Position numbers and translations under genes: made by a program | Shown here: positions 54,641 to 63,901 of the stretch, piece by piece | Position numbering within the stretch: position 1 is the first letter of the stretch | How the letters are laid out: each line of letters begins with the position of its first letter | Assembly: GCA_030648005.1 (NCBI GenBank) | Contig: JAUSIP010000016.1 | Coordinates: forward strand, 1,110-65,109 | DNA length: 64,000 nt | Origin: a bacterium | GTDB taxonomy: Bacteria > Patescibacteriota > Minisyncoccia > Phycocordibacterales > UBA12445 | Direction of reading: 5' to 3' | Notes under the pieces: generated by a model | The model's input: only the letters and a program-made list of their open reading frames with translations | Database searches by the model: none | Told to the model about the DNA's origin: nothing

Positions 54641-54667
54641 AACCCCCTGCGGAAATCGCGGGGGGTT
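54641..54667. terminator. Bidirectional terminator
   Basis: CCCCCTGCG-GAAAT-CGCGGGGGG, a 9-bp stem. Confidence 0.7.
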
Positions 54668-54676
54668 ATTAATTTT

Positions 54677-55162
54677 TTAACGATAGGATGTTGACAACAG
54701 GCTCATTCCCCAGTAGTCGTGGAAACCGAGAGGCTCGCCATCTTCATATCTGTAGATTTCTTCGCGGCCATTGAAATTAGTGAAGTCGAAGAGACGCCCC
54801 TGGTTGAAGTAGATGAACGAATCTCCCTTATAGTACGCCGGGCCACGACCACCGATGAACTGCCCGGTTTCGTATGTCTTTCGCAACACAGCCCTTAGAA
54901 AAGGGATCGCCTCTTTTGAGTAAGCCCCACCATAGTTCATTATCCAAATCGGCCGATCCTTGAACCAGATTGTTGTCGTGCCGGCCGACCTCTCTTCTCC
55001 TGGAATTGCGCAATACTGATCCTGAAGACGGAAGTCGCCGTCTCGATAATGAATGGCCAGGAAGTCTGGCATATCGTGAACCTGTATCTCTTCCGAAAGA
55101 CCACTAGCCAAACATGACGCCATCGCTCTGAAGAAGAATTCGCGAATCTTACTGATGTCCAC
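54677..55162 (-). CDS. DUF5680-like protein
   Basis: AGGAGGTG lies 4 nt before GTG 55162 (the track start at 55246 has no SD). The pattern YRDGDFRLQDQY...IWIMNYGG..FLR.VL resembles DUF5680 as I recall it. Confidence 0.45.
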   Translation of the reverse strand: MDISKIREFFFRAMASCLASGLSEEIQVHDMPDFLAIHYRDGDFRLQDQYCAIPGEERSAGTTTIWFKDRPIWIMNYGGAYSKEAIPFLRAVLRKTYETGQFIGGRGPAYYKGDSFIYFNQGRLFDFTNFNGREEIYRYEDGEPLGFHDYWGMSLLSTSYR

Positions 55163-55296
55163 AGGACACCTCCTATTGCTCCATTTTTTTAAAATCAAAT
55201 CTATCGGCGATATTAACATAGAGTCAACCACCACGCAATATGACAATAAACCGGGAATTTCTACTATTCAACAATGAGTGGTAAAATAATAAGACA

Positions 55297-56262
55297 ATGT
55301 TGTTCTACTTTTATATTTTTATTTTTCTAGTCGCGATAGTATCGCTCGGGGTGTCGAGTGGGATGGTGGCACGTGCCTTGCTGAAACTCGGTAGGATTGT
55401 AGGGCTCAACGAATGCGTGCTTTCTTTTATGCTACTTGGGATCATAACCTCCTTGCCCGAAATATTTATCGCAACAGCATCCGTTATCACAAACAATCCA
55501 CTCTTATCGATTGGAAATATTATAGGTGCCAACTTCACCAATATCACTTTGGCTATCGGACTAGTGGCATATTTGTCTGGCGGAATAGATCTCTCTGGGC
55601 AAGTATCCAAGAGGGTTTTCTGGATATCATTCATGCTAGTTCTAATGCCTTCTTTTTTGGTTCTTGGAGGAGGGTTGTCTCGCTTCGACGGATTACTTCT
55701 ATGTTTAATGTTCCTAGCCTACATAATCGTCTTTTCTTATGATGGACAGTTTCTAGAAAAGTCAGCACCACATGTACCCTACGGTGTACACTACTTCTCT
55801 GAGGTTTATCCAAGCTTGATTAATCTTACCCTAGGACTACTAATACTTGTACTATCCTCAATTTTTATCATACTATTCACTGCTGGACTTACTAGCTATT
55901 GGCCCATCGACTTAATACTCTTTAGCACAGTTGTCCTCGGACTTGCCACCACGCTCCCTGAGCTCTTCTTTGGTATGAGAGGTGCAATAATGCAACACTC
56001 TTCGCTGGCAATGGGTAATATACTCGCATCAACCGTCTTTAATAGCACAGTCATCATCGGTCTACTCGCAATAGTATCGCCGACGGCCACGAATTCTTTA
56101 ACTGCCGGCCCAGTCATCCTAACTTCATCCTTCACCTTTTTAGCATTTATCTTACTATCGGTATTCTCTTACACCGGCTCTAGAATAAACCGCACGGAGG
56201 GGGTATTATTAATGTCGTTGTACTTTTTATTCATCACATCTGCTTCCGCACTTTATTTATAA
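55297..56262 (+). CDS. Ca2+/Na+ antiporter (CaCA family, YrbG-like)
   Basis: It has two alpha-repeats: GIITSLPEIFIA...GNIIGANFTNITLAIG and GLATTLPELFFG...GNILASTVFNSTVIIG. Confidence 0.85.
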   Translation: MLFYFYIFIFLVAIVSLGVSSGMVARALLKLGRIVGLNECVLSFMLLGIITSLPEIFIATASVITNNPLLSIGNIIGANFTNITLAIGLVAYLSGGIDLSGQVSKRVFWISFMLVLMPSFLVLGGGLSRFDGLLLCLMFLAYIIVFSYDGQFLEKSAPHVPYGVHYFSEVYPSLINLTLGLLILVLSSIFIILFTAGLTSYWPIDLILFSTVVLGLATTLPELFFGMRGAIMQHSSLAMGNILASTVFNSTVIIGLLAIVSPTATNSLTAGPVILTSSFTFLAFILLSVFSYTGSRINRTEGVLLMSLYFLFITSASALYL

Positions 56263-57353
56263 TGACTGCTATCTATATAATTTTAGGAATAGTTTTTGGC
56301 GCCATCGTCGCTCTTTTTATATTTTATTCACTGAATAAGAAGGTTGAACCTTCTTCCGATAATAATCCTCTGCTCTTGATCCAGAACCAGCTCAATAATC
56401 TTTCTAAAACATTAGACCAGCGCTTGGCAGACTCTGAAAGACACCTCAACGAATCCGTGACCGGCGCGCACCGTGCCATGCAGAACCAGATAGGGGAGTC
56501 GTACAAGATCGTCACTGATCTGACTGAGAAGTTGACGCGCCTCGATGAGACCAACAAACAGGTTGTTGGCTTCGCTGACCAGCTACAGTCACTTCAAGAC
56601 ATTTTGAAGAATCCAAAACAGCGTGGGATACTTGGCGAGTATTACCTAGAGACAGTGCTTAAGAACGTCATGCCACCAGGTAGCTATGAGATGCAGTACA
56701 AGCTTGGACAAGACGAAGATGGTGCCGACTTAATACCCGATGCGGTTGTCTTTGTGAAAGATAAAATCATACCAATAGACTCCAAATTCTCACTCGAAAA
56801 CTACAACAGGATAGTCGCCGAGCGTGACCCGGTAGAGCGCGAGAAGTTGGAAAAACTTTTTGTGAATGACTTAAAAAATCGTATTTCAGAAACAGCTAAG
56901 TATATTAAACCTAGTGCCGGTACTATGGACTTCGCTTTCATGTTCATACCGCATGAGGCCATTTACTATGATCTACTAATCAACAAGATCGGCGCCTTAA
57001 AAGAAGATACGGAGTCGCTGATCCAGCGCGCCGCTTCGAAGTATAAGGTTATCATCGTTTCGCCGACATCTTTCCTAGCCTACCTACAAACCGTCCTCCA
57101 GGGCTTGAAGGCGATGCAGATTGAGGAACAGGCCAAAGATATTGTGAAGCGAGTAGGGGAGCTGACCACACACCTCAAGACTTATATGGAGAAACATGAG
57201 AAGCTCGGCAAGTCGCTCGCCACTGTCGTCAACCAGTACACCGATTCCTCCAAGGAGTTCAAGAAAATAGATAAGGATTTGATGCGTATCACCGAAGCAG
57301 ACGTCGCCCTCGACTACGAACCGCTCTCACTCGACAAGCCAGAGATGGAATAG
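56262..57353 (+). CDS. rmuC: DNA recombination protein RmuC
   Basis: It has an N-terminal TM helix, a coiled-coil and a nuclease-like core (RGILGEYYLETVL...PDAVVFV..IPIDSKF). Confidence 0.85.
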   Translation: MTAIYIILGIVFGAIVALFIFYSLNKKVEPSSDNNPLLLIQNQLNNLSKTLDQRLADSERHLNESVTGAHRAMQNQIGESYKIVTDLTEKLTRLDETNKQVVGFADQLQSLQDILKNPKQRGILGEYYLETVLKNVMPPGSYEMQYKLGQDEDGADLIPDAVVFVKDKIIPIDSKFSLENYNRIVAERDPVEREKLEKLFVNDLKNRISETAKYIKPSAGTMDFAFMFIPHEAIYYDLLINKIGALKEDTESLIQRAASKYKVIIVSPTSFLAYLQTVLQGLKAMQIEEQAKDIVKRVGELTTHLKTYMEKHEKLGKSLATVVNQYTDSSKEFKKIDKDLMRITEADVALDYEPLSLDKPEME

Positions 57354-57355
57354 GC

Positions 57356-57540
57356 TTAAATTCCAAAAGGCTTCAAAAATCAAATTTGTAAAATTGCTTA
57401 ACCCCACTCTCACACCTAGGCCAGAATGATTGTCCCACTAAGACGGGACAGAAGAGGATCATTCTGGCCTAAGGGCTCGAGCGGCCGCCCCCACCTACAA
57501 TTTTAAAAATTTATTTTTTCCGCCTTATTTTGGAATTTAA
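57356..57540. repeat. 185-nt nested inverted-repeat element (MITE-like or structured RNA)
   Basis: The outer pair is TTAAATTCCAAAAGGC / GCCTTATTTTGGAATTTAA. The middle AT-rich arms match ~19/23. The central 14-bp stem TAGGCCAGAATGAT/ATCATTCTGGCCTA encloses TGTCCC-(8 nt)-GGGACA. Confidence 0.7.
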
Positions 57541-57552
57541 ACATATTCCCCC

Positions 57553-57581
57553 TTGCATTTTAGGGCGGATTTTTGTATTAT
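57553..57581 (+). promoter_or_regulatory. rplU promoter (near-leaderless)
   Basis: TTGCAT-17 nt-TATTAT, with the ATG 10 nt after the -10 element. Confidence 0.55.
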
Positions 57582-57591
57582 ACTTGGACTT

Positions 57592-57921
57592 ATGGAATTT
57601 GCAGTAATACAGACGGGTGGCAAGCAGTATATCGTCAAGCCAGGCGACGTTATTCATATTGAGAAGTTGTCCGGATACGACGATAAAAGGCCTGAAAAAG
57701 GGGCAAAAATCACCTTTAACGAGGTTTTACTAGTGGATGACGGGGATAGTACCACTGTAGGCGCACCGTTCATTTCAGGGGCTAAAGTTGAGGGTACGCT
57801 GGTAGAAGAGGGCAGGGATAGAAAAGTCATAATTCAGAAATACAAAAATAAGGTGAGATACAAGAAGCGAATCGGCCACCGCCAGCACTACTCAGAAGTT
57901 AAGATAGACACTATAAAATAA
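57592..57921 (+). CDS. rplU: Ribosomal protein L21
   Basis: MEFAVIQTGGKQYIVKPGD. I trimmed the start from the track's TTG 57553, which overlaps the promoter. Confidence 0.9.
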   Translation: MEFAVIQTGGKQYIVKPGDVIHIEKLSGYDDKRPEKGAKITFNEVLLVDDGDSTTVGAPFISGAKVEGTLVEEGRDRKVIIQKYKNKVRYKKRIGHRQHYSEVKIDTIK

Positions 57922-57925
57922 ACTT

Positions 57926-57954
57926 AAAAATCCACCGAACGGGTGGATTTTTTC
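57926..57954. terminator. Bidirectional terminator between rplU and recR
   Basis: An A-run, ATCCACC-GAACG-GGTGGAT, then a T-run. Confidence 0.8.
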
Positions 57955-57955
57955 A

Positions 57956-58585
57956 TTACTGTCGATTCTTTAGTGCATTCTTGATTGTGTCACTATCGGA
58001 ATACTCCAGCTCCGTACCGGTAGACATACCGCGGCCAAGGACAGAGATTTTTATAATATTGGAAGACTCACTTCGAGTTTTTTGGCAGATTGGTGTTAAG
58101 GTGTTTCGGACATAATCTGCGGTATTGTCGCCCTCGGGATTGGCGTTCAGGGCGATTATTATTTCTTTAAGGCCGACTTGCGACATATTGTTAATCAGGT
58201 TAGTAAGTTCGCGGATCCGTATCTTCTGTTCCGGATTTTTCTCCAATATCTGAAGCAGGCCACCTAAGATGAAGTACCTGCCGTTAAACTCGCCGGAACG
58301 GGAGATATTCTCTAGATCTATATCTTTAGCTACAACCATAAGCACAGAGCTGTCCCGACTCTGATCACTACATAGTGCACACTGCTGACTGACTGGAGTT
58401 AAAGAAAGTCGGAAGCAAGTGGGACAGTGGCTGACCTCCTTCTTGAGTCTTACAATATAATCAATTAATTCTCTGGTGTAGGCAGTGTTCTCAGCCAGCA
58501 AGAAATAGACGAACCTCTTCGCCTGTCTTGGTCCAATCCCCGGGAATCGGCCGAACATCTGAGTTAACTTGCTTATTGGATCCAT
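57956..58585 (-). CDS. recR: Recombination protein RecR
   Basis: It has an HhH motif (FPGIGPRQAKRF), a C4 zinc finger (CPTC...CALC) and a Toprim domain. Confidence 0.9.
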   Translation of the reverse strand: MDPISKLTQMFGRFPGIGPRQAKRFVYFLLAENTAYTRELIDYIVRLKKEVSHCPTCFRLSLTPVSQQCALCSDQSRDSSVLMVVAKDIDLENISRSGEFNGRYFILGGLLQILEKNPEQKIRIRELTNLINNMSQVGLKEIIIALNANPEGDNTADYVRNTLTPICQKTRSESSNIIKISVLGRGMSTGTELEYSDSDTIKNALKNRQ

Positions 58586-58594
58586 GTTAAGAAG

Positions 58595-59935
58595 TTAGAA
58601 GTCACCGAAGCCGGAGGCACCATGGTCAGACTTATCAATATTCATGAAGCTGACGCGCTTCTGGTCGAAGAAGAGTTCTGCCTCACCGGTCGGGCCATTT
58701 CTATGCTTAGCGATGATGATCTTAGAGATACCCGCAGGAGCACTCTTGTCCTGCTTATCTTCGCGGTGGATGAAGAGTACAACATCGGCATCCTGCTCAA
58801 TAGAACCGGAATCTCGGAGATCTGACAATCTTGGCTCGCCACCTCTCTGTTCCACAGCTCGGGATAGCTGTGAGAGTGCGAGCACAGGCACATCAAGATC
58901 GCGCGCAAGCCCTTTCAATGCCCTTGATATCTCCGTAACTTGATGGACCATGGAGTCATAATTTTTGCTTGGATGCATAAGTTGAAGGTAGTCGACGACG
59001 ATCAGACCTAGTCCATGCTCACTCTTCAAACGCCTAGCAACCGACTTCATCCTGATTATATTATTACTTGATTCATCATCAATATAGAGCGGTGCTTTCG
59101 ACAGCTTCTCCAGAGTGTCCCGTATCAGCGAAAACTCATCATCACTCTCGATCTGCCCCGTACGTAGTTTCCATGCATCGACATTTGATTCAGCAGCCAG
59201 CATTCTGTCTACAAGCTGTTGAGAGCTCATTTCTAGAGAGAAGATGCCGACAGGAATATTATTGAGCAGAGCTGCATTACGGGCGATATCCATCGCCAAA
59301 GTCGTCTTTCCCATCGAGGGCCGAGCTGCCAAGATAATTAGGTCTGATTTCTGTAAACCAGCCAGCTTATTGTCGAGTTGGTGAAACCCGGTCTTAACCC
59401 CACGAACCTCGTTCTTAGAGTGATGTAGACGGTCAAGTCTTGTCCAAGCCTCTTCGAGTGTAGAGCCTATATCGACAAATTTACTGCGTATAGAAGCATT
59501 TCCTATATTAAAGATCTTTTTCTCGGCTGCATCAATCACCTGATCAACTTCATCAGCCTCACCATAACCAAGATTAGATATGTGGTCGGCAGCTTCGATC
59601 AAATTCCTGAGCGTTGAAGACTTCTGGATAAGCCGAGCGTAATGTTCGACATTATTAGTCGAAGGGACAGTGGTCACAAGCTGGGTCAAATAGCTCGCTC
59701 CACCGATATTATCAAGTAGCTTCTTCTCTTTCAGCTTAGCCGAAAGTACAACCATGTCGATGGGCTCGTTCTTAGCCAAGAGCTCGAGCATGGTCGCATA
59801 GATTATTTTATGCTTCTCGGAATAGAAAGCGTCTTTCTGCAGGATATCAGAGATGTCGTGTATAGACTGAGGTCGCATCATGATAGCCCCAAGAAGCGCC
59901 TTCTCGGCGTCGAGGTTCTGCGGTGGTACACGCAT
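58595..59935 (-). CDS. dnaB: Replicative DNA helicase DnaB
   Basis: PPQNLDAEKALLGAIM and Walker A ARPSMGKTT. I prefer ATG 59935 over the TTG at 59974. Confidence 0.95.
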   Translation of the reverse strand: MRVPPQNLDAEKALLGAIMMRPQSIHDISDILQKDAFYSEKHKIIYATMLELLAKNEPIDMVVLSAKLKEKKLLDNIGGASYLTQLVTTVPSTNNVEHYARLIQKSSTLRNLIEAADHISNLGYGEADEVDQVIDAAEKKIFNIGNASIRSKFVDIGSTLEEAWTRLDRLHHSKNEVRGVKTGFHQLDNKLAGLQKSDLIILAARPSMGKTTLAMDIARNAALLNNIPVGIFSLEMSSQQLVDRMLAAESNVDAWKLRTGQIESDDEFSLIRDTLEKLSKAPLYIDDESSNNIIRMKSVARRLKSEHGLGLIVVDYLQLMHPSKNYDSMVHQVTEISRALKGLARDLDVPVLALSQLSRAVEQRGGEPRLSDLRDSGSIEQDADVVLFIHREDKQDKSAPAGISKIIIAKHRNGPTGEAELFFDQKRVSFMNIDKSDHGASGFGDF

Positions 59936-60027
59936 AGCAGAAGATTTGAATTCAGTTGCAGTGGTCACTACCAAAGAATATTGGAAAAAACTTAAATTCC
60001 AAAGCTACTATAGGGGATAAACTGTGA

Positions 60028-61773
60028 CTATCTTCTCCCTGCTACCTCCTCCTTAATCATCACCACAAAATCCTCAATTTTCAAGTCTTTAATCTGCCCC
60101 TTATCTCGACTTTCTGCGGTTATTGTCCCGGCTTCCACCTCTTTAGCTCCAATAACTATTAAGTACGGCGTCTTCATCATCTTGTTATTTCGAATCTTCT
60201 TGCCCAGAGTCTCATTACTGCTATCAAGTTCTACGCGAACATCCTCTGCCTTCAGCTTGTTATATATCTCGCTCGCATAGTCCATAAACTTCTCGCTCAC
60301 AGGCACTATCGCCACCTGAGTAGGTGCTAGCCATGTCGGGAAGGCTCCGGCACAGTGCTCGATTAGGAAGGCGAAGACTCGCTCGAGAGAGCCGATCGTA
60401 GAACGATGAATCATAACCGGTCTTTTCTTTTGACCGTCTGCGTCGACGTATTCTATCTCAAACTTCTGCGGAAGCAGGAAATCCATCTGCGCTGTAAATA
60501 AAGTGTCCTCCTTGCCATGAACATTCTTCGCCTGCACATCGAGCTTAGGTCCATAGAAGGCAGCTTCGTCGAGGGCTGTGATATAAGGAAGGCCGAGTTC
60601 ATCCAACGCTTCTTTCATTAAACCTTCGGCGTGATTCCAGAGATCATCATCCGGAAAATATTTCTCCTTGTTTTCCGGATCCCGCTTAGAGAAACGATAA
60701 GAGACGATATCAAGAAGTCCAAGCCCCTTCATACCCTCAACTATCATGTTACAAACCCGCTTAAACTCCTCCTTCAATCCTTCCGGAGTTACAAAAATAT
60801 GACCATCAGTAAGCTGAAATTTACGCACGCGTATCATCCCCATCAATTCTCCGGACTTTTCATAACGATTATAATCAGCGATTTCCGCATATCGAACCGG
60901 TAGATCCTTATAGCTCCATGGCTTTCGTTGGTACAGGCGAATATGATGCGGACAAGCCATTGGTCTCAAGTAGAATTTGTCGCCATCCATATCTATTGGA
61001 GCATACATACTGTGAGTGTAGTGGTCTAAGTGACCGGAGGTTCTATACAACTCCTCGCCACCCAGATATGGTGTTGAAACGTGCTCATAGTCATACTTCC
61101 TCTCAAGTTCACGAGCGAATTTCTCCAGTTCAAATTTAACTGCCGTACCCTTAGGAGTCCATAATGGCAACCCCTTACCAACTTTCTCATCAATTATAAA
61201 AAGATCTAGTTCTCTACCGAGTTTCTTGTGGTCTCTCTTCTCGGCTTCTTCTCGCATGGCAACATATTCATCAAGCTTCTCCTTAGACTCAAAAGCTAAG
61301 CCGTAGATGCGCGTCAACATCTGATTCTTCTCATCACCTCGCCAATAAGCACCGGCTGTCCTTTCTATCCTGAAGGCGTCGACAGGGATCTCGCTTGTAT
61401 TCTTCACATGTCCTCCGCGGCAAAGATCTGTGAAGTCGCCTGTTGTATAAGTTGTAAGTTTGGAGCCCTCTTTGGATAAATCTTCTATCAGCTCGCACTT
61501 GAATGGCTGATCTTCAAACATCTTCAATACTTCCGCTTTGGGTCTTTCGGCACCAATGAAATCGAGTTTGGCTTCAATCAACTTCCTCATCTCTTTCTCA
61601 AGCTCCGGCAAATCAGTCTCTGAAATAGGTTTTGATAACAAAAAATCGTAGTAGAAGCCGTTATCAATGACCGGGCCGATCGCGAGCTTAGCCCTTGGAT
61701 CATGTTTCAAGACGGCGATGGCTAGCAAGTGAGCCAGCGAATGTCTGATGTCGTGTAATTTATTGTTTTCCAT
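60028..61773 (-). CDS. thrS: Threonyl-tRNA synthetase, lacking the N-terminal TGS region
   Basis: HSLAHLL motif, a class II core and a C-terminal anticodon-binding domain. Length is 581 aa. Confidence 0.9.
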   Translation of the reverse strand: MENNKLHDIRHSLAHLLAIAVLKHDPRAKLAIGPVIDNGFYYDFLLSKPISETDLPELEKEMRKLIEAKLDFIGAERPKAEVLKMFEDQPFKCELIEDLSKEGSKLTTYTTGDFTDLCRGGHVKNTSEIPVDAFRIERTAGAYWRGDEKNQMLTRIYGLAFESKEKLDEYVAMREEAEKRDHKKLGRELDLFIIDEKVGKGLPLWTPKGTAVKFELEKFARELERKYDYEHVSTPYLGGEELYRTSGHLDHYTHSMYAPIDMDGDKFYLRPMACPHHIRLYQRKPWSYKDLPVRYAEIADYNRYEKSGELMGMIRVRKFQLTDGHIFVTPEGLKEEFKRVCNMIVEGMKGLGLLDIVSYRFSKRDPENKEKYFPDDDLWNHAEGLMKEALDELGLPYITALDEAAFYGPKLDVQAKNVHGKEDTLFTAQMDFLLPQKFEIEYVDADGQKKRPVMIHRSTIGSLERVFAFLIEHCAGAFPTWLAPTQVAIVPVSEKFMDYASEIYNKLKAEDVRVELDSSNETLGKKIRNNKMMKTPYLIVIGAKEVEAGTITAESRDKGQIKDLKIEDFVVMIKEEVAGRR

Positions 61774-61829
61774 AATTATCCAGTTTACATATTATTGCAA
61801 AAAAAGTCGATATGTAAGATAATTATAAT

Positions 61830-62138
61830 ATGAAAAAAGAAAAAAATATTTTAATGGCGGTGCTTGCATATTGCGGGCCTCTGATCATCATCTCATATCT
61901 CGCTGCTAAAGATGACTCTTTTACAAAATTTCACATCAAGCAGGCTTTAACTATTATTATCGTCGGATTCGTTTTGTCTTTCTTGAGTATGTTTATGTTT
62001 TTCTCGGTTGGCATATTCTTTGGGATGGCTAAAATGGCACTCGGCATATTCATGATCATCGGCATTTTGAACGCCGCTCAGGGCAAGGAGACGGAACTGC
62101 CTTTCATCGGCCAGCTCGCAAAATCCTTAAATTTCTAG
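61830..62138 (+). CDS. DUF4870-like small membrane protein
   Basis: AVLAYCGPLIIISYLAAKDDSFTKFHIKQAL plus two further TM helices. Confidence 0.6.
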   Translation: MKKEKNILMAVLAYCGPLIIISYLAAKDDSFTKFHIKQALTIIIVGFVLSFLSMFMFFSVGIFFGMAKMALGIFMIIGILNAAQGKETELPFIGQLAKSLNF

Positions 62139-62194
62139 TAGTATAACAAGAGATCAAAAGATATAGTACTGACCTTTAACAAGGAGGTGTGCTC

Positions 62195-62734
62195 ATGAGT
62201 AGTGGTGAGATCAAGGTAGTGAAATATAGGGGTGAGAAGCTCTTCAAATCCCAGGATAATATCATGCTTGATATATTGTACGGCTTCGATTTCTACACCG
62301 GAAAAATTTCGATAATCAGGAGAGGTGTCGAAGTAGATCATTGTACGATTGAGGCCGACGGAAAAAGAGATCCTTCTCCATGCTTCGAGGGGCTGGAAAA
62401 GCTTTTAAAAAATTTCCAAGTCTCAGGCGATCGACAAGAACTGTATCCAGCGTATTTTGAAGAAGGGGACAAGATCCGATTTGAAAATGCACGCTGGGAT
62501 CTCGACTTCAAGGAAGAATTCATAGAGGATGATGTAGCTAACAAACTCTCGCACATTCTTCAAGAATCACTCAAGATTCTAACGACTGTAACACAAGAAC
62601 GAGTGTTAAACAGGTACGACAGATTACTTAAGAAAGAAAGGGAGAAGTTGCTAGCAAATTTCCCGAATTTCCCAATTCATCGGCGGATACTCAAAAAGAA
62701 CGAGTCCATTGATCTAGGATTCAGCAATAAATGA
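62195..62734 (+). CDS. Hypothetical protein (179 aa)
   Basis: AACAAGGAGG lies 7 nt before ATG 62195. I recognise no family. Confidence 0.55.
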   Translation: MSSGEIKVVKYRGEKLFKSQDNIMLDILYGFDFYTGKISIIRRGVEVDHCTIEADGKRDPSPCFEGLEKLLKNFQVSGDRQELYPAYFEEGDKIRFENARWDLDFKEEFIEDDVANKLSHILQESLKILTTVTQERVLNRYDRLLKKEREKLLANFPNFPIHRRILKKNESIDLGFSNK

Positions 62735-62767
62735 AAGATGGCTGATTCCTTGAGTCTTCTGGTATAG

Positions 62768-62790
62768 TCCCCGCTCCGCGGGGATTTTTC
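62768..62790 (+). terminator. Rho-independent terminator
   Basis: TCCCCGC-TCC-GCGGGGA followed by TTTTT. Confidence 0.8.
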
Positions 62791-62862
62791 TTTTCTTTAC
62801 AGACCAGAACAAATATGGTAGTTTCTAACTGGATCTTTTGATAACTAACAAGGAGGCACGAA

Positions 62863-63897
62863 ATGGCCGAACCACTCTTTAGTGCGGAAGAATCCTCTCT
62901 GCACAAGTCTGAGATCGATAAACTAAGGGAGGAGCGTAAATATGACGAGATAGAAAATGTTCGCCAAGCATTTATGCTGGAGGGCGTACGCAGAGCTCAA
63001 TCTCGGCCGGAAGAACTATTGAACGGCATGATCATATGTGTAGGTAGCCGGGGACATAAATACGTTCTACTGGATGAAGCCTTCACTCATTCGGATTCCA
63101 AAAAAAATAAGGACGCCCTAAATAGCTTCGACACACCGGAAGCCAGGCGAAATCTCTACACGATCCTACGGGCTCTGGTAGAGGTGCCGAGATCCTGGGC
63201 TTGGTCCGCATTCACTAGATTCCTCCGGGGTATCGGTAAGCAGAACGGGGCGAAGTATCATGGGGCCGGAATGTTCAGTGTAAGATACGGCTGGAAAGAA
63301 AGAGAAGTTAGCGCGATCGCATATGTAATGACGTGCGATAGTTATCGCGGTTACACTACATACTCTAGCGTACTTATGTCTTATGCTGACACCATGAAAG
63401 AGATCGAGGAAGAGGATAGGTATAATAGAGCGAAGTTCTACGCAGTCCGCGCGGAACGGGATATTCCATTCCTGAACAAACTTTGTGAGATGCTCGAAGC
63501 ACGCGGACTAGGACCCATTCCGGCTCTACCCGATGAAAAACCCAAGAAAGAGCGGGAGATAAAAATTTTCAAGGCAGGAGATATTGTACGACAGAAAGAT
63601 CTACGAGATCTGCCCCTGCCGGCTCTGGTCAGAATATCGGTAACAAAGATATTCAAGGGGAAAGAAGGAGAAAAGGATCAGCGCGTTGCGGGCCAGATGG
63701 ACGAAGTTATCACAAGAATTCATGAGAAACATTACTACGACTATTATGTCGTCGCCAAAGACGGTAAGGCCTATAAATACTTTATGGGATACAGCTTCAA
63801 GACAAATCTCGATGGCGCCACCTTCCTCGGCGAATGGAAGGGCGAGATAGTCAAGAATAAAGAGATAAAATTAGATTTCCACTACTACAAAAACTAA
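62863..63897 (+). CDS. Hypothetical protein (344 aa)
   Basis: AACAAGGAGG lies 6 nt before the ATG. I recognise no family. Confidence 0.55.
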   Translation: MAEPLFSAEESSLHKSEIDKLREERKYDEIENVRQAFMLEGVRRAQSRPEELLNGMIICVGSRGHKYVLLDEAFTHSDSKKNKDALNSFDTPEARRNLYTILRALVEVPRSWAWSAFTRFLRGIGKQNGAKYHGAGMFSVRYGWKEREVSAIAYVMTCDSYRGYTTYSSVLMSYADTMKEIEEEDRYNRAKFYAVRAERDIPFLNKLCEMLEARGLGPIPALPDEKPKKEREIKIFKAGDIVRQKDLRDLPLPALVRISVTKIFKGKEGEKDQRVAGQMDEVITRIHEKHYYDYYVVAKDGKAYKYFMGYSFKTNLDGATFLGEWKGEIVKNKEIKLDFHYYKN

Positions 63898-63901
63898 AAA
63901 T

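Noticed and set aside
57476-57488. Adjacent XhoI and NotI sites (CTCGAGCGGCCGC), reminiscent of a cloning-vector polylinker.
   Set aside because: I recognise no other vector-like sequence around it, and it sits inside a coherent native inverted-repeat element. It is most likely coincidental, but a VecScreen check would be cheap.
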